Below are positions 8,897 through 18,420 of a DNA stretch of 32,000 nt, in pieces. This DNA comes from Candidatus Hermodarchaeota archaeon. Lineage in GTDB: Archaea > Asgardarchaeota > Heimdallarchaeia > Hodarchaeales > Hodarchaeaceae. The first letter of the stretch is position 1. Every line of letters starts with the position of its first letter. Position numbers and translations under genes: made by a program. The DNA is taken from assembly GCA_048886185.1 (NCBI GenBank), contig JBHLKY010000006.1, positions 177,067 to 209,066 of the forward strand, read 5' to 3'. The notes beneath the pieces are model-generated. The model did no database searches. It had not been told where the DNA came from and was given only the letters and a program-made list of their open reading frames with translations.

Positions 8897-10606
8897 ATGC
8901 AAGATGAATCTTCAGTTATCCAGCTATTGCAACAAGTCTTAAGCTTGCCACAAAAAGAAATATCAGATTTGTTAGATATTCCTCCCGACGAAAAATTGGG
9001 TGATATTTCACTTGCTTGTTTTAAATTAGCAACGGTTTTCAAAAAAAATCCCCAAATAATAGCAAAAGAATTAGAAACAACAATAGAATTACCTAAAGAT
9101 TCTATAATAAAAGAAATAAAGGCAGTTGGTGGATTTCTAAATTTTTTTTTTGATATTCCAAAACTGTCAAAAAGAACCTTAACTAAAATATGGAACGAGA
9201 AGAATTTATATGGATACAAACATAATGAAAACAAGGGAAAAACTGTTGTTGTCGAATTTCCCTCTCCTAACACTAATAAACAATTACACTTAGGTCATCT
9301 GCGAAATATGGCCTTGGGGGAATCCATCTCTAGAATTTTGGCAACTCAGGGATTTAATGTTGCAAAAGTTAATTTACTCAATGATCGGGGAATTCATATT
9401 TGTAAATCCATGCTAGCGTATAAGAATTGGGGGAGTAATAAAGAACCAGATAAGAAACCTGACCATTTCGTTGGTGACTTCTATGTTCTCTTTTCTAAGA
9501 AAATTGAAAAATACCCCACACTTGAGGAGGAAGCTCAAAGATTATTAAAGAAATGGGAAGCAAAAGATAGTGAAACAATAGCTCTATGGCAGAAAATGAC
9601 TGACTGGGCCATACAAGGGTTCAATCAGACATTTGATAGATTTGGAGTAACTTTTGATAAGATCTATAGGGAGAGTAACTTGTGGGAGAAGGGGAAAGAA
9701 ATCATTATGGATGGTTTAGAAAAGAATTTGTTTCGTAAAGATGAAATAGGAAACATTGTGGTTGATCTAGGAGAGCCTTTAGGCACAAAGGTTCTTCTCC
9801 GGGCCGACGGAACTTCGGTCTATATAACACAAGATTTATATCTTGCTAAGAAGAAATATGATGACTTTAATTATACTAAATCGATATATGTCATTGGAAG
9901 TGAACAGAATTATCATCTTAACGTCCTTTTTCAGATCTTAAAGATGATGAAATTTGAGTTTGCAGAGGGTTGTTATCATCTTAGTCATGGAATGATATCA
10001 TTACCAGAAGGTAAAATGAAATCAAGGGAAGGAACCGTTGTTGATGCTGATGATTTGATTGATGAACTCATAGAAATGGCTAAAGCAGAAATCATCTCAA
10101 GAAAACAGATTTCTGAATCAGAAATTGATAAGATAGCGGTAGAAATAGCAATGGCTGCTCTAAAGTTCTTTCTACTCAAATGGGTAGCATCAAAGGACTT
10201 TGTTTTTCAACCTAAAGAATCAATCTCATTATATGGTAAGACAGGCCCTTATCTGCAATATTCATTCGTTAGAGCAAACAAAATTCTCCAAAAAATTTCA
10301 ATTAAACCGACTTTGGAAGTGGATTTCAGTTCATTCATTGAAAAAGAAGAAATATCTTTGATTAAATCACTCAAGGATTATCCAGAGGTCTTAGAACGAG
10401 CTTCATTATTGTATTCTCCGCATCTATTGGCAGAATATTCTCATCAGTTGGCCTCTTCTTTTAATCTATTTTATGAAAAATACAGAGTAATTGGTGAATC
10501 TGACAATGAAATTCAGAAAGCAAGGCTCTTATTAGTTAAATGTTTTCGAGATGTCATGAAAAATTGTTTATACATGTTTGGTATCAATAGTGTCGAGATA
10601 ATGTGA
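8897..10606 (+). CDS. argS: Arginine--tRNA ligase
   Basis: VVVEFPSPNTNKQLHLGHLRN (HIGH), LRADGTSVYITQD, KMKSREG (KMSKS-like), GKTGPYLQY, anticodon domain FNLFYEKYRV. Confidence 0.97.
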   Translation: MQDESSVIQLLQQVLSLPQKEISDLLDIPPDEKLGDISLACFKLATVFKKNPQIIAKELETTIELPKDSIIKEIKAVGGFLNFFFDIPKLSKRTLTKIWNEKNLYGYKHNENKGKTVVVEFPSPNTNKQLHLGHLRNMALGESISRILATQGFNVAKVNLLNDRGIHICKSMLAYKNWGSNKEPDKKPDHFVGDFYVLFSKKIEKYPTLEEEAQRLLKKWEAKDSETIALWQKMTDWAIQGFNQTFDRFGVTFDKIYRESNLWEKGKEIIMDGLEKNLFRKDEIGNIVVDLGEPLGTKVLLRADGTSVYITQDLYLAKKKYDDFNYTKSIYVIGSEQNYHLNVLFQILKMMKFEFAEGCYHLSHGMISLPEGKMKSREGTVVDADDLIDELIEMAKAEIISRKQISESEIDKIAVEIAMAALKFFLLKWVASKDFVFQPKESISLYGKTGPYLQYSFVRANKILQKISIKPTLEVDFSSFIEKEEISLIKSLKDYPEVLERASLLYSPHLLAEYSHQLASSFNLFYEKYRVIGESDNEIQKARLLLVKCFRDVMKNCLYMFGINSVEIM

Positions 10607-10612
10607 TTAAAG

Positions 10613-10629
10613 TTCTTCTTTTTTCTCTT
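10613..10629 (+). terminator. Possible oligo-T archaeal terminator after argS
   Basis: TTCTTCTTTTTTCTCTT starts 7 nt after the stop; positional inference only. Confidence 0.4.
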
Positions 10630-10675
10630 AATCCCTAATTAACTTTTGCATGATACATTTTTTTTTAAAATTTAC

Positions 10676-10717
10676 ACCCAGCTGAGGGAGCTGGGTTAGG
10701 GATTAGGGTTATATATA
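10676..10717 (+). promoter_or_regulatory. 8-bp inverted repeat overlapping a G3-quadruplex motif, directly followed by a TATA-like box
   Basis: ACCCAGCT-GAGGG-AGCTGGGT (10676-10696); GGGAGCTGGGTTAGGGATTAGGG (10686-10708); TTATATATA (10709-10717), about 70 nt upstream of ATG 10787. Confidence 0.5.
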
Positions 10718-10786
10718 GATGTAATTTATTTCACTCAAAGTCTAGTTTATCTTTTTATTAATGGAGAAATCGAGGAAGTAACCCAA

Positions 10787-12043
10787 ATGAGTCCCCCTTA
10801 TTATAATAATCTAGCTGAATGGACGGAATTCGTCCCTGAAAGTGAGATCCGTCGGCTTCTTCTAATTAATACGAAATATTACTTCGGTGGAGGAAAACCA
10901 GGTAGTCTCCCTATCGAAGCATTTAGGAAGATATTGTATCAAATTGCTGATGAATTAGACATCGATGGTATCGATACATTAAATTATGGTCCCACAAGCG
11001 GTATATCATCATTAAAAGAGACTTTAGGGAGGAGAATGAAGGAAAAAGACGGAATAATTCTTCCAAATGGATCTGAAAACATCCTTATTTCTACTGGATC
11101 TCAACAAATGCTTTATGGTATTCTAGATGTTATATTAAGACCTAAAGATGTTGTTATCATGTCTCGTCCCTCTTATTTAGGATTTGTTGTGCCAGTTACT
11201 AAGCTCGGAGGAGACGTGTTAACAGTACCAACCGATATGGATGGTCTTATTCCAGAACACGTTGAGAAAGCGATTGAAATAAGTCAAAGAGAGCTAAATC
11301 GAACCCCTAAGGCTATTTATGTTGTATCTGATTCTGATAATCCAAAAGGTACAACCTTAACAGAGAAAAGACGAAAAAAACTCTTTGAATTGGTCACTCA
11401 ACATGAAATACTTCTAATCGAAGACTCAGCTTACAGAGAAATTCAGTTTTCAAAAATCCCTCCTCCAATTAAACAATATGATACTGAGAATAAATGGGTA
11501 GCATATTTACGTACAAGTAGTAAAGAAGCTGCTGTTCTTCGACTTGGCTATTCTGTTCTTCCTGACGAAGTAATGGGTCCTATGATTAAAGATAAAGGCT
11601 ATCTAGACCTTTGTACCCCCACCCTTAATCAGAAAATCCTTGATATCTATTATTCTAAGTATATTGACCAAGTTTTGGGCGATAATCTCATTGTATACAA
11701 AGAACGTCGAGATATGATGCAGAAAATGATTGATGAGCACTTTCCTTCTCAGGGCCAGCGCACTAATCCTACAGGAGGATTTTTCTTTTGGTTCCAAATG
11801 GAACATGAAGATTTTGACTCATCTAAATTTTTAGAAGATGTTGCTATTCCAAATGATGTCATGTATGTCCCTGGACAAGCTTTTTACCCAATAAAAGGAT
11901 ATTCAATAAGTTCTGCTGATTCTGAACTCCATGGAAATAGGATTAAAACGAATGGTATGCGAATAAGTTTCTCCTTTACAAAACCGCAAGAAATTGCACA
12001 AGGTATGGAGATACTTGGGAAATTACTTCAAAAAGAAGCTTAA
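10787..12043 (+). CDS. PLP-dependent aminotransferase class I/II (2-aminoadipate/aromatic aminotransferase-like)
   Basis: LNYGPTSG, STGSQQ, RPSYLG, DNPKGTT, IEDSAY, PLP lysine in TSSK, LRLGY, PTGGFFFW, VMYVPGQAFY, MRISFS. Confidence 0.92.
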   Translation: MSPPYYNNLAEWTEFVPESEIRRLLLINTKYYFGGGKPGSLPIEAFRKILYQIADELDIDGIDTLNYGPTSGISSLKETLGRRMKEKDGIILPNGSENILISTGSQQMLYGILDVILRPKDVVIMSRPSYLGFVVPVTKLGGDVLTVPTDMDGLIPEHVEKAIEISQRELNRTPKAIYVVSDSDNPKGTTLTEKRRKKLFELVTQHEILLIEDSAYREIQFSKIPPPIKQYDTENKWVAYLRTSSKEAAVLRLGYSVLPDEVMGPMIKDKGYLDLCTPTLNQKILDIYYSKYIDQVLGDNLIVYKERRDMMQKMIDEHFPSQGQRTNPTGGFFFWFQMEHEDFDSSKFLEDVAIPNDVMYVPGQAFYPIKGYSISSADSELHGNRIKTNGMRISFSFTKPQEIAQGMEILGKLLQKEA

Positions 12044-12091
12044 CTCAATAATCTTCCTCGAGAGGAGATATCTTCTCTTCCTCTCTAGGTA

Positions 12092-13759
12092 TCAAGTGAA
12101 TTTACCAGCTGTAATATACCAAGTGTGCCCAGGGAATGCCTCTTCTTTAAGCTGTCGCTGGAAAACATCACAAATATTATGGATTCCAGTAAGAACAGCA
12201 AGATCTAACCAGTTCCAAGAAACTTCCTGAGCTTTTTTTCCTGGAGCGAACCGCCCAAAATTATGTGACAACATCAGTTCGGTTGTTCTAATGTCTTTTC
12301 TTAAGTTTTGATTGCTGGGGGTGTTTTCTAGCTCTTCTTGTCGATGTTTTAACTGATTAATTCCCTTTTCATGTTTCGATTTGAGTAGAATTCTCATTTT
12401 TTCTAATGTTTTATGAACATCTGTGTTATTATTAAACTCATTGAAGATAGAATAGACCTCATCATCTAAGACTGGGCTATTATTATTTATGGCTGATTTT
12501 TCGGCCCACGGGGAATTATAATAAATTCTATTTGAGCGAATAAGAATTGGCGGGGAAATTTTCAATCGTTTCATGGCAGGAATTACTGCAGAATAGTATT
12601 GGGTTTCACCAGCCCCTCCAACATGAACAAGTAAAGGAAATGTGAAGTTATTTATTACTGCTCTAGAATCTGACCGAGGAGTAATGTTAAGCCCTATTTC
12701 ACTGAGGTCAGGGGTATGAGAATTATAAGAAAATGAAAAGGTTTCTAAACAAATTGGACACTTTCCTTTTAGCAGGCCTGGATTAGGAACATACAGCTCT
12801 ATTCGTGTTTTATTATTACAGTTTAAACATTCCAAGAAAAAAGGCACATAATCATTTTCACGATATGGAAGCCCTGGTTGGATCTTCTGTGATACAATCA
12901 GATCATGAATCTTGTTTAACGTTTCTATATAACGAATCCGGTTATCTTCAGAAAGTAAATATTCAAAAGCAGGTAAGACAACCTGACGATATCGAGAATC
13001 ACTCGAAGGGCAAAGAAATAGCCTCAGGTGATTGCGAATATTGAAAAGCTGACTCCATATCTGTTGTGTCCACAGAGAAAAATCATTTGATGATAACGCA
13101 CTATCATAAATAAGGTCAAACCAAGAAAAAAACCGTTCGATGAATAAGGGTCTATACTCGTTTCGAATCTTTGCAGTCTTCATTAATAAGCGTAAATTTT
13201 CTTGTATTTTCAGTTTAATCTCGTGAAACCAGGCCTCATCTGGGACTGGAACTTGATGCATTGGTGTTCCCTCAGGTACGCCCCAAGATGATGGGGTGAC
13301 TACTAACCCTGTATAAGAATTCGCTTGAGGGAAGCGGGTAATGGTGAGTTCATTCTGAACTGAATCATGATCACCAATGAAGAAGAAAGTTCCTGTCTCT
13401 AGTAAATTTCCTATCCATTCTGCTAATGAAACCTTATCAATTAAAAATAATGCTCCCCCAAATAATAATGGTTGGTGTCCAACATCTAAAAAACCCCGAT
13501 CGAGGCGATCAAGTGCCTCTTTTACCAAGATTGTCAAGGTACCTAATCTACGATGCCTGTCAAGAATAAGCTTCCGAAATAATTCAATATTTTCATTAAA
13601 ATTTGAGAAATTAGTAGATTGTTGTTTATACTCAATACTGCGTTTCATCAATCGGAAGGAAGAAGGAATCTCCCCCCAAAGATCCTTACTAAGCTCATTT
13701 TGATGCCCTTTTGCAGCAGTACGATAAATTTCTAATAATGAAGAAAATTGATAATCCAT
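12092..13759 (-). CDS. bshC: BshC-like (bacillithiol biosynthesis cysteine-adding enzyme family) protein with Zn-ribbon insert
   Basis: GHQPLLFGGALFLIDK, FFIGDHD, VGGAGETQYY and PILIRS are collinear with recalled BshC motifs (GQQxGLFxGPLYxxxK, FWxxxEDHD, GPGExxYW, PxxxPR). Length 555 aa fits the family. Confidence 0.7.
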   Translation of the reverse strand: MDYQFSSLLEIYRTAAKGHQNELSKDLWGEIPSSFRLMKRSIEYKQQSTNFSNFNENIELFRKLILDRHRRLGTLTILVKEALDRLDRGFLDVGHQPLLFGGALFLIDKVSLAEWIGNLLETGTFFFIGDHDSVQNELTITRFPQANSYTGLVVTPSSWGVPEGTPMHQVPVPDEAWFHEIKLKIQENLRLLMKTAKIRNEYRPLFIERFFSWFDLIYDSALSSNDFSLWTQQIWSQLFNIRNHLRLFLCPSSDSRYRQVVLPAFEYLLSEDNRIRYIETLNKIHDLIVSQKIQPGLPYRENDYVPFFLECLNCNNKTRIELYVPNPGLLKGKCPICLETFSFSYNSHTPDLSEIGLNITPRSDSRAVINNFTFPLLVHVGGAGETQYYSAVIPAMKRLKISPPILIRSNRIYYNSPWAEKSAINNNSPVLDDEVYSIFNEFNNNTDVHKTLEKMRILLKSKHEKGINQLKHRQEELENTPSNQNLRKDIRTTELMLSHNFGRFAPGKKAQEVSWNWLDLAVLTGIHNICDVFQRQLKEEAFPGHTWYITAGKFT

Positions 13760-14055
13760 CTTGGTCAGCCACGATGTACATTATGAGATTTAATGTGAAT
13801 TTTATTAGGATTGCTCTCGATTCAAATTATTTCTACAAAGGAAAGAGGAAAAAAAACCATTAGTTGCTTAGAAACACCTAAGATAAAGAAATGAAAGAAC
13901 TTTAATATAATTACTCTAGAAATAGTGTTTCAAAATTCTTTTATACCGTGGGTATATAATTCATTCAAATAAGAAAATTTCCTAAGATTTTTCCAATCTG
14001 GAATCATATGATCACCTTAAACATATTTGAAAAAGCTTACTGGAGAGACTAAAAT

Positions 14056-17000
14056 TTGAAAATATGTACTCGCTTTGTTAATAAGAAACGTGCTATCTCA
14101 CCTGTTATTTCAGTAATATTATTAATAGGGCTTGCAGTAGCCGCTGTTGCTGCAATTTTCATCTTTATTATCCCATTAATAACACCTAAACCCGACCTTC
14201 AATTAGATAGCGCAATAATTGAATATGATGACGATTTTACTACTGCAGCAGACGAGGGAGAAGGTTATGGGAAAGGACTATTGGTACTTTCCAATATGGG
14301 TGCAGCAGAAAGTAAAATAACTTCTCTCAAGGTTTTCTACGGGAATAGTATCCTAGGACCTTGGACACAAATAACTGTTCATGATAAAGTGATAATTACT
14401 ACGGATAATCCTCTAGTTATTGCACCAGCAAAAATGCAGGAGGATTTGACTGTTAGGTTTCCTATACCAACGGAAAATGATGATAATGCAATTTATTACC
14501 GAATTAGTATTAGTACTGAAGAGGGGCGTGAACTTGATACTACTACTACTGAAACAGTAATTGAAACTCAAATGAAACTAGAAAAAGACCGTCCTGACAT
14601 TTCTTTCACGGGAACACTAGGAAACATTCGACGAACCAAAGATATTGCTCCAACGGTCGTATCTGATAATTCTCAGATCAAAAATGTAACTTATCAAGTA
14701 TATAACTCAACAGGGTCGCTAGTTGTGACTAAAACTATAACAGCGCCACTGTGGAGATGGAGTTGGGCAACCTATGGTGCCATTGCTAATGGAACATATA
14801 ACATGATTATGACAGTTTATGATTATGCAGGATTATCAACGAGCACTGGCACCCCAATATCTTTCACTATTGACAATGATTACGTCAAACCAACTATTAA
14901 AAACATTGTTGGATCGAGTATCAAGAATGGGCCAGATTTAGCCGAAGTGGGTGAATCATTTTCTGTGAGGGCAACAATAACCGATAGTGGATCCGCAGTT
15001 TCTAAGGTTGCGGAAGCATATCTATATTATAAATTGAATGATTCCAGTACAACTTACTCTTCAATCGCAATGAGTGAGTTTTCAGACGATATTTGGCAGG
15101 GAAACATCCCTGCTGCCTTTATTGATTCAACTGCTCTTGAAAATAATCTTACATATTATCTTATTGCGGAGGATGATGATGATAATTTAAACACTTCAGC
15201 AAATCAGGAAGCTGGAGTCATAGATACTACAAAACCTGATATCACGGGACACACTCCCATTACCCAAGTAAATTGGCTGACAGAGGATGAGCCTGTAATT
15301 ACCATTTCTGTAACTGTAGTAGACAAAGATATTGTTGATTTAGTAACTCTAGTATGGCGCCAAGGAAATGACACTGGCCTTACAATCGCTGATCCTTGGC
15401 AAGTCGAGAATTATATCACTCAATCAGGTGACACATGGGAATTTAAAATTCCAAGAGATAATGTGACAATGGATGGTCTGGATTATTATATAAATGCAAC
15501 CGATCCTTCAGGAAATACTAATGATGGTTCCGCGAGTTCTCCATATCATATTACATTAATAGATGGATTGAGTCCAGTAATTCGATTTGATCCTGAATTA
15601 ACCTCTCCAACAGTACCAGGCCAAAATCTACCTGTTCGTGTAGCAGTAGAAGACAATGATATTTCCTTTAGTACTGAAAGGTTTATTTCAGAAACAGGTA
15701 CAGTCCAACTAAGTTATAGCGATGATGGTGTGGACTTCAGTACTCCTGTTGATCTAACTCATACGTCAGGGGACTCTTCACTTGGTCGGCTTGTAGAAGG
15801 AATTTGGCAAGGGTCGATTGATGGAATCAATATCGTAGAGGAAACAACACTATATGTTCTAGTTGAAGCAACAGACGAAAGTGACCAAACCATAGCTATA
15901 CAAAGAGAAATCGCAGTATCAAAAGCCAATGAACCTCTTTTCCGTGTATCAGGAACCACAAACACCACTGGGGCATATGATCATCAAATCGAGGTTGATA
16001 TTGAAAATTATGGACTTGGTGACGCCATAATTACTAATATGACTGTCTATCTTTATGATAACACAAAATTGTCTTATTTAGGTAGCCCATTACTCACTCA
16101 AATTGATGCTACAATTGTAAAGGGAACAGAACCAGGAGGAATAAATCCAAGATGGGCTAATGTATCAACACCTTCTGAGTTTACTAATGGAACCGAAAAG
16201 AATTTAATCAATATAATAGACATTGACAAAACTGAGATTACTAAATTCACATTTACTTACGCTAATGATAGTGGAGTCTATTTTGACGTTAATGACATGA
16301 CTATTGGAATAAAATTAGGATATACCTATGCATCGGGTTCTTCAAACGGTTATTCAGGACTGATAAAAGCAAATTCTACTATCACTACGTTTCAAACATA
16401 TACGGAAACACGGTACATGAGATCTGATTCCCAACTAGGAACAACTCAATCTACTGGGTTTCAAACTCTGAATGAACGGAATCCAAGATGGAGTGGATCC
16501 CAAACTGTTTATTGGTATATAGAAGTCTGGCAAAGAAAAATTGATTCATCCATGTATCAGATAAGTACTGGAGAAGCAGCACGGGTCTATAGAACATCTG
16601 ATGGCAACGGTCTGCAACAAGGGACTTGGAATTTAGGTTCAGATTTTAATCTTGACACCACAGATGTGATTGTTGTTCGTGTATACATGAGAATAGGATC
16701 AACGGTTTATGGCCCTGTGGAATTTGTTACAGAGCAACTAGATGCTGATAAACTAGTTGCTGGTGATTGGACAGTTTGGTACTATACAGAACGTGATTAT
16801 GAGTCACAATGGAACCAAGATAGAACCAGGGGTATCTTCTATTATGGTGATACTATCTATAATAGTAGAATTCTGAACTTTAAGTATACATCTCTACCTG
16901 GTGGAGCACCACTACTCCTCAAAGTTTCATCTCTCGCCTCTCCAATACCTCCTATAACCAAAATATACCAAAGTTCAAAACAAATAGATATTCAAATCCT

Positions 17001-17064
17001 ATCTTACTGGAAAAGGATACTCAGATCAGTACCATTAAGTACAATGGATTATCTTATAAAATAA
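14056..17064 (+). CDS. Large surface protein with archaeal type IV pilin (class III) signal peptide and multiple Ig-like beta domains
   Basis: KKRA|ISPVISVILLIGLAVAAVAAIFIFII matches the archaeal Pilin_N leader. The body is T/S/D/N-rich with repeated beta-strand motifs (YYLIAED, YYINATD, YVLVEATD). Confidence 0.85.
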   Translation: MKICTRFVNKKRAISPVISVILLIGLAVAAVAAIFIFIIPLITPKPDLQLDSAIIEYDDDFTTAADEGEGYGKGLLVLSNMGAAESKITSLKVFYGNSILGPWTQITVHDKVIITTDNPLVIAPAKMQEDLTVRFPIPTENDDNAIYYRISISTEEGRELDTTTTETVIETQMKLEKDRPDISFTGTLGNIRRTKDIAPTVVSDNSQIKNVTYQVYNSTGSLVVTKTITAPLWRWSWATYGAIANGTYNMIMTVYDYAGLSTSTGTPISFTIDNDYVKPTIKNIVGSSIKNGPDLAEVGESFSVRATITDSGSAVSKVAEAYLYYKLNDSSTTYSSIAMSEFSDDIWQGNIPAAFIDSTALENNLTYYLIAEDDDDNLNTSANQEAGVIDTTKPDITGHTPITQVNWLTEDEPVITISVTVVDKDIVDLVTLVWRQGNDTGLTIADPWQVENYITQSGDTWEFKIPRDNVTMDGLDYYINATDPSGNTNDGSASSPYHITLIDGLSPVIRFDPELTSPTVPGQNLPVRVAVEDNDISFSTERFISETGTVQLSYSDDGVDFSTPVDLTHTSGDSSLGRLVEGIWQGSIDGINIVEETTLYVLVEATDESDQTIAIQREIAVSKANEPLFRVSGTTNTTGAYDHQIEVDIENYGLGDAIITNMTVYLYDNTKLSYLGSPLLTQIDATIVKGTEPGGINPRWANVSTPSEFTNGTEKNLINIIDIDKTEITKFTFTYANDSGVYFDVNDMTIGIKLGYTYASGSSNGYSGLIKANSTITTFQTYTETRYMRSDSQLGTTQSTGFQTLNERNPRWSGSQTVYWYIEVWQRKIDSSMYQISTGEAARVYRTSDGNGLQQGTWNLGSDFNLDTTDVIVVRVYMRIGSTVYGPVEFVTEQLDADKLVAGDWTVWYYTERDYESQWNQDRTRGIFYYGDTIYNSRILNFKYTSLPGGAPLLLKVSSLASPIPPITKIYQSSKQIDIQILSYWKRILRSVPLSTMDYLIK

Positions 17065-17073
17065 TCCTAATAT

Positions 17074-17091
17074 CTCTTTCTTTTTTTCTTT
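17074..17091 (+). terminator. Possible oligo-T terminator after the pilin-like gene
   Basis: CTCTTTCTTTTTTTCTTT lies 10 nt after the stop. Confidence 0.4.
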
Positions 17092-17098
17092 ACTCGTC

Positions 17099-18376
17099 GT
17101 GAGTGCTTTTTTAATGGTAAATGAGGAACTCAATTGTGACATCGCGATTATTGGTGCTGGACCAGCAGGTTCTTTAGCTGCATGGCAAGCAGCTCAAGAT
17201 AAATCTGAGATTTCCATCTGTGTTTTTGAGGAACATCCACAAATTGGCTGGCCGCCTCATTGTTCTGGTTTAGTTTCTTGGGAGGGATTTCTTAATTTAG
17301 GATTGAAAAAGAGCGATCTAAATAATCGTCTCATTCAAAATACTATTCGTAGAGCGAAATTCATAAGTCCTGACAATAATTGTGTTGAAATCGATCGTGG
17401 GCCTGATTCAATGGTTGTACTTGATCGTCCTGCTTTAGATTCTTTTTTTGCTAATCGAGCGAAAAATAGAGGCTGCGAATTAAAGCTTGGACATCGAGTT
17501 CAAAAAATTTCGCGAAATGGGGTCACCTGGGATCTTCAAATTAGTCATAAAAAGGAAAAGAAAAAATATAACAGCACTTTAGTAATCATTGCAGAGGGAG
17601 TCCATGCTAAACTATCGAGTTCAATGGGTCTCCCAGTTCCTGATAAAAAATGGCTTTTTCCAGCCATTCAACATGAATATGATCGGGTAGAAGACATTGA
17701 AAGCGATTGTGTTGAATTATTCTTTGGAAGAAGATATGCCCCAGGTTTTTTTGGTTGGTTCATCCCCCTCAATGAGACCTCTGCACGGGTGGGGATAGCT
17801 GTTAATCGAATGTTTTCAGGAAAAACAAAGATGTTTATGAAAACATTTCTTAAAAAGCACCCCTTGATACATAATAGGATAAGAAATAGCCAAATTTCCG
17901 CCACCTTTGGTGGATATGTATCTGGGACTGGACCAGTTAAAGAGACATATAAGACTAATATAATGGTTGTAGGTGACGCAGCTGGTCAATCCAAAGCCAC
18001 AACTGGAGGTGGAGTCAATATTGGCGGATATTGTGGTCGTTTAGCTGGATTGATTGCATCAAGAATTATTACAGAAAAAATAACTACAACCCAAGGGTGT
18101 CAAGAATATCAAAAAGAATGGAAAGCTAGATTTGAACCAGAGCTCAGCATTTTAAAACTATTAAGAAGGATAATGACTCCTCTAACCGATGATTCCTGGA
18201 ATGAAATAGTGCAAATTGCTCAAAAGACTGATTTAGGAGAAAGACTGAAAACTACAGATATTGACCTTCATGGTTCTAGCATAATTAAATATGCATTAAC
18301 ACCACAAGTATTCATAAAAGGAATTAGTCTTGTCCCTCATAGCGTAGTTAGTTTACTAAGGGGATTTACTTCCTAA
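17099..18376 (+). CDS. Geranylgeranyl reductase family flavoprotein (DGGGPL reductase-like)
   Basis: DIAIIGAGPAGS, PPHCSG, YAPGFFGWFIP, VGDAAGQSKATTGGGV. Start is GTG 17099 or ATG 17114. Confidence 0.9.
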   Translation: MSAFLMVNEELNCDIAIIGAGPAGSLAAWQAAQDKSEISICVFEEHPQIGWPPHCSGLVSWEGFLNLGLKKSDLNNRLIQNTIRRAKFISPDNNCVEIDRGPDSMVVLDRPALDSFFANRAKNRGCELKLGHRVQKISRNGVTWDLQISHKKEKKKYNSTLVIIAEGVHAKLSSSMGLPVPDKKWLFPAIQHEYDRVEDIESDCVELFFGRRYAPGFFGWFIPLNETSARVGIAVNRMFSGKTKMFMKTFLKKHPLIHNRIRNSQISATFGGYVSGTGPVKETYKTNIMVVGDAAGQSKATTGGGVNIGGYCGRLAGLIASRIITEKITTTQGCQEYQKEWKARFEPELSILKLLRRIMTPLTDDSWNEIVQIAQKTDLGERLKTTDIDLHGSSIIKYALTPQVFIKGISLVPHSVVSLLRGFTS

Positions 18377-18420
18377 ATTCTCATTTAAATTTGAAATTAA
18401 AAGAATATTATACCTCAGAA

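Noticed and set aside
8824-9273. 149-aa minus-strand ORF
   Set aside because: Antisense to argS; no recognisable features.
10787-12043. Assigning the aminotransferase to the kynurenine or lysine pathway
   Set aside because: Substrate cannot be inferred from the motifs, and no pathway genes are adjacent.
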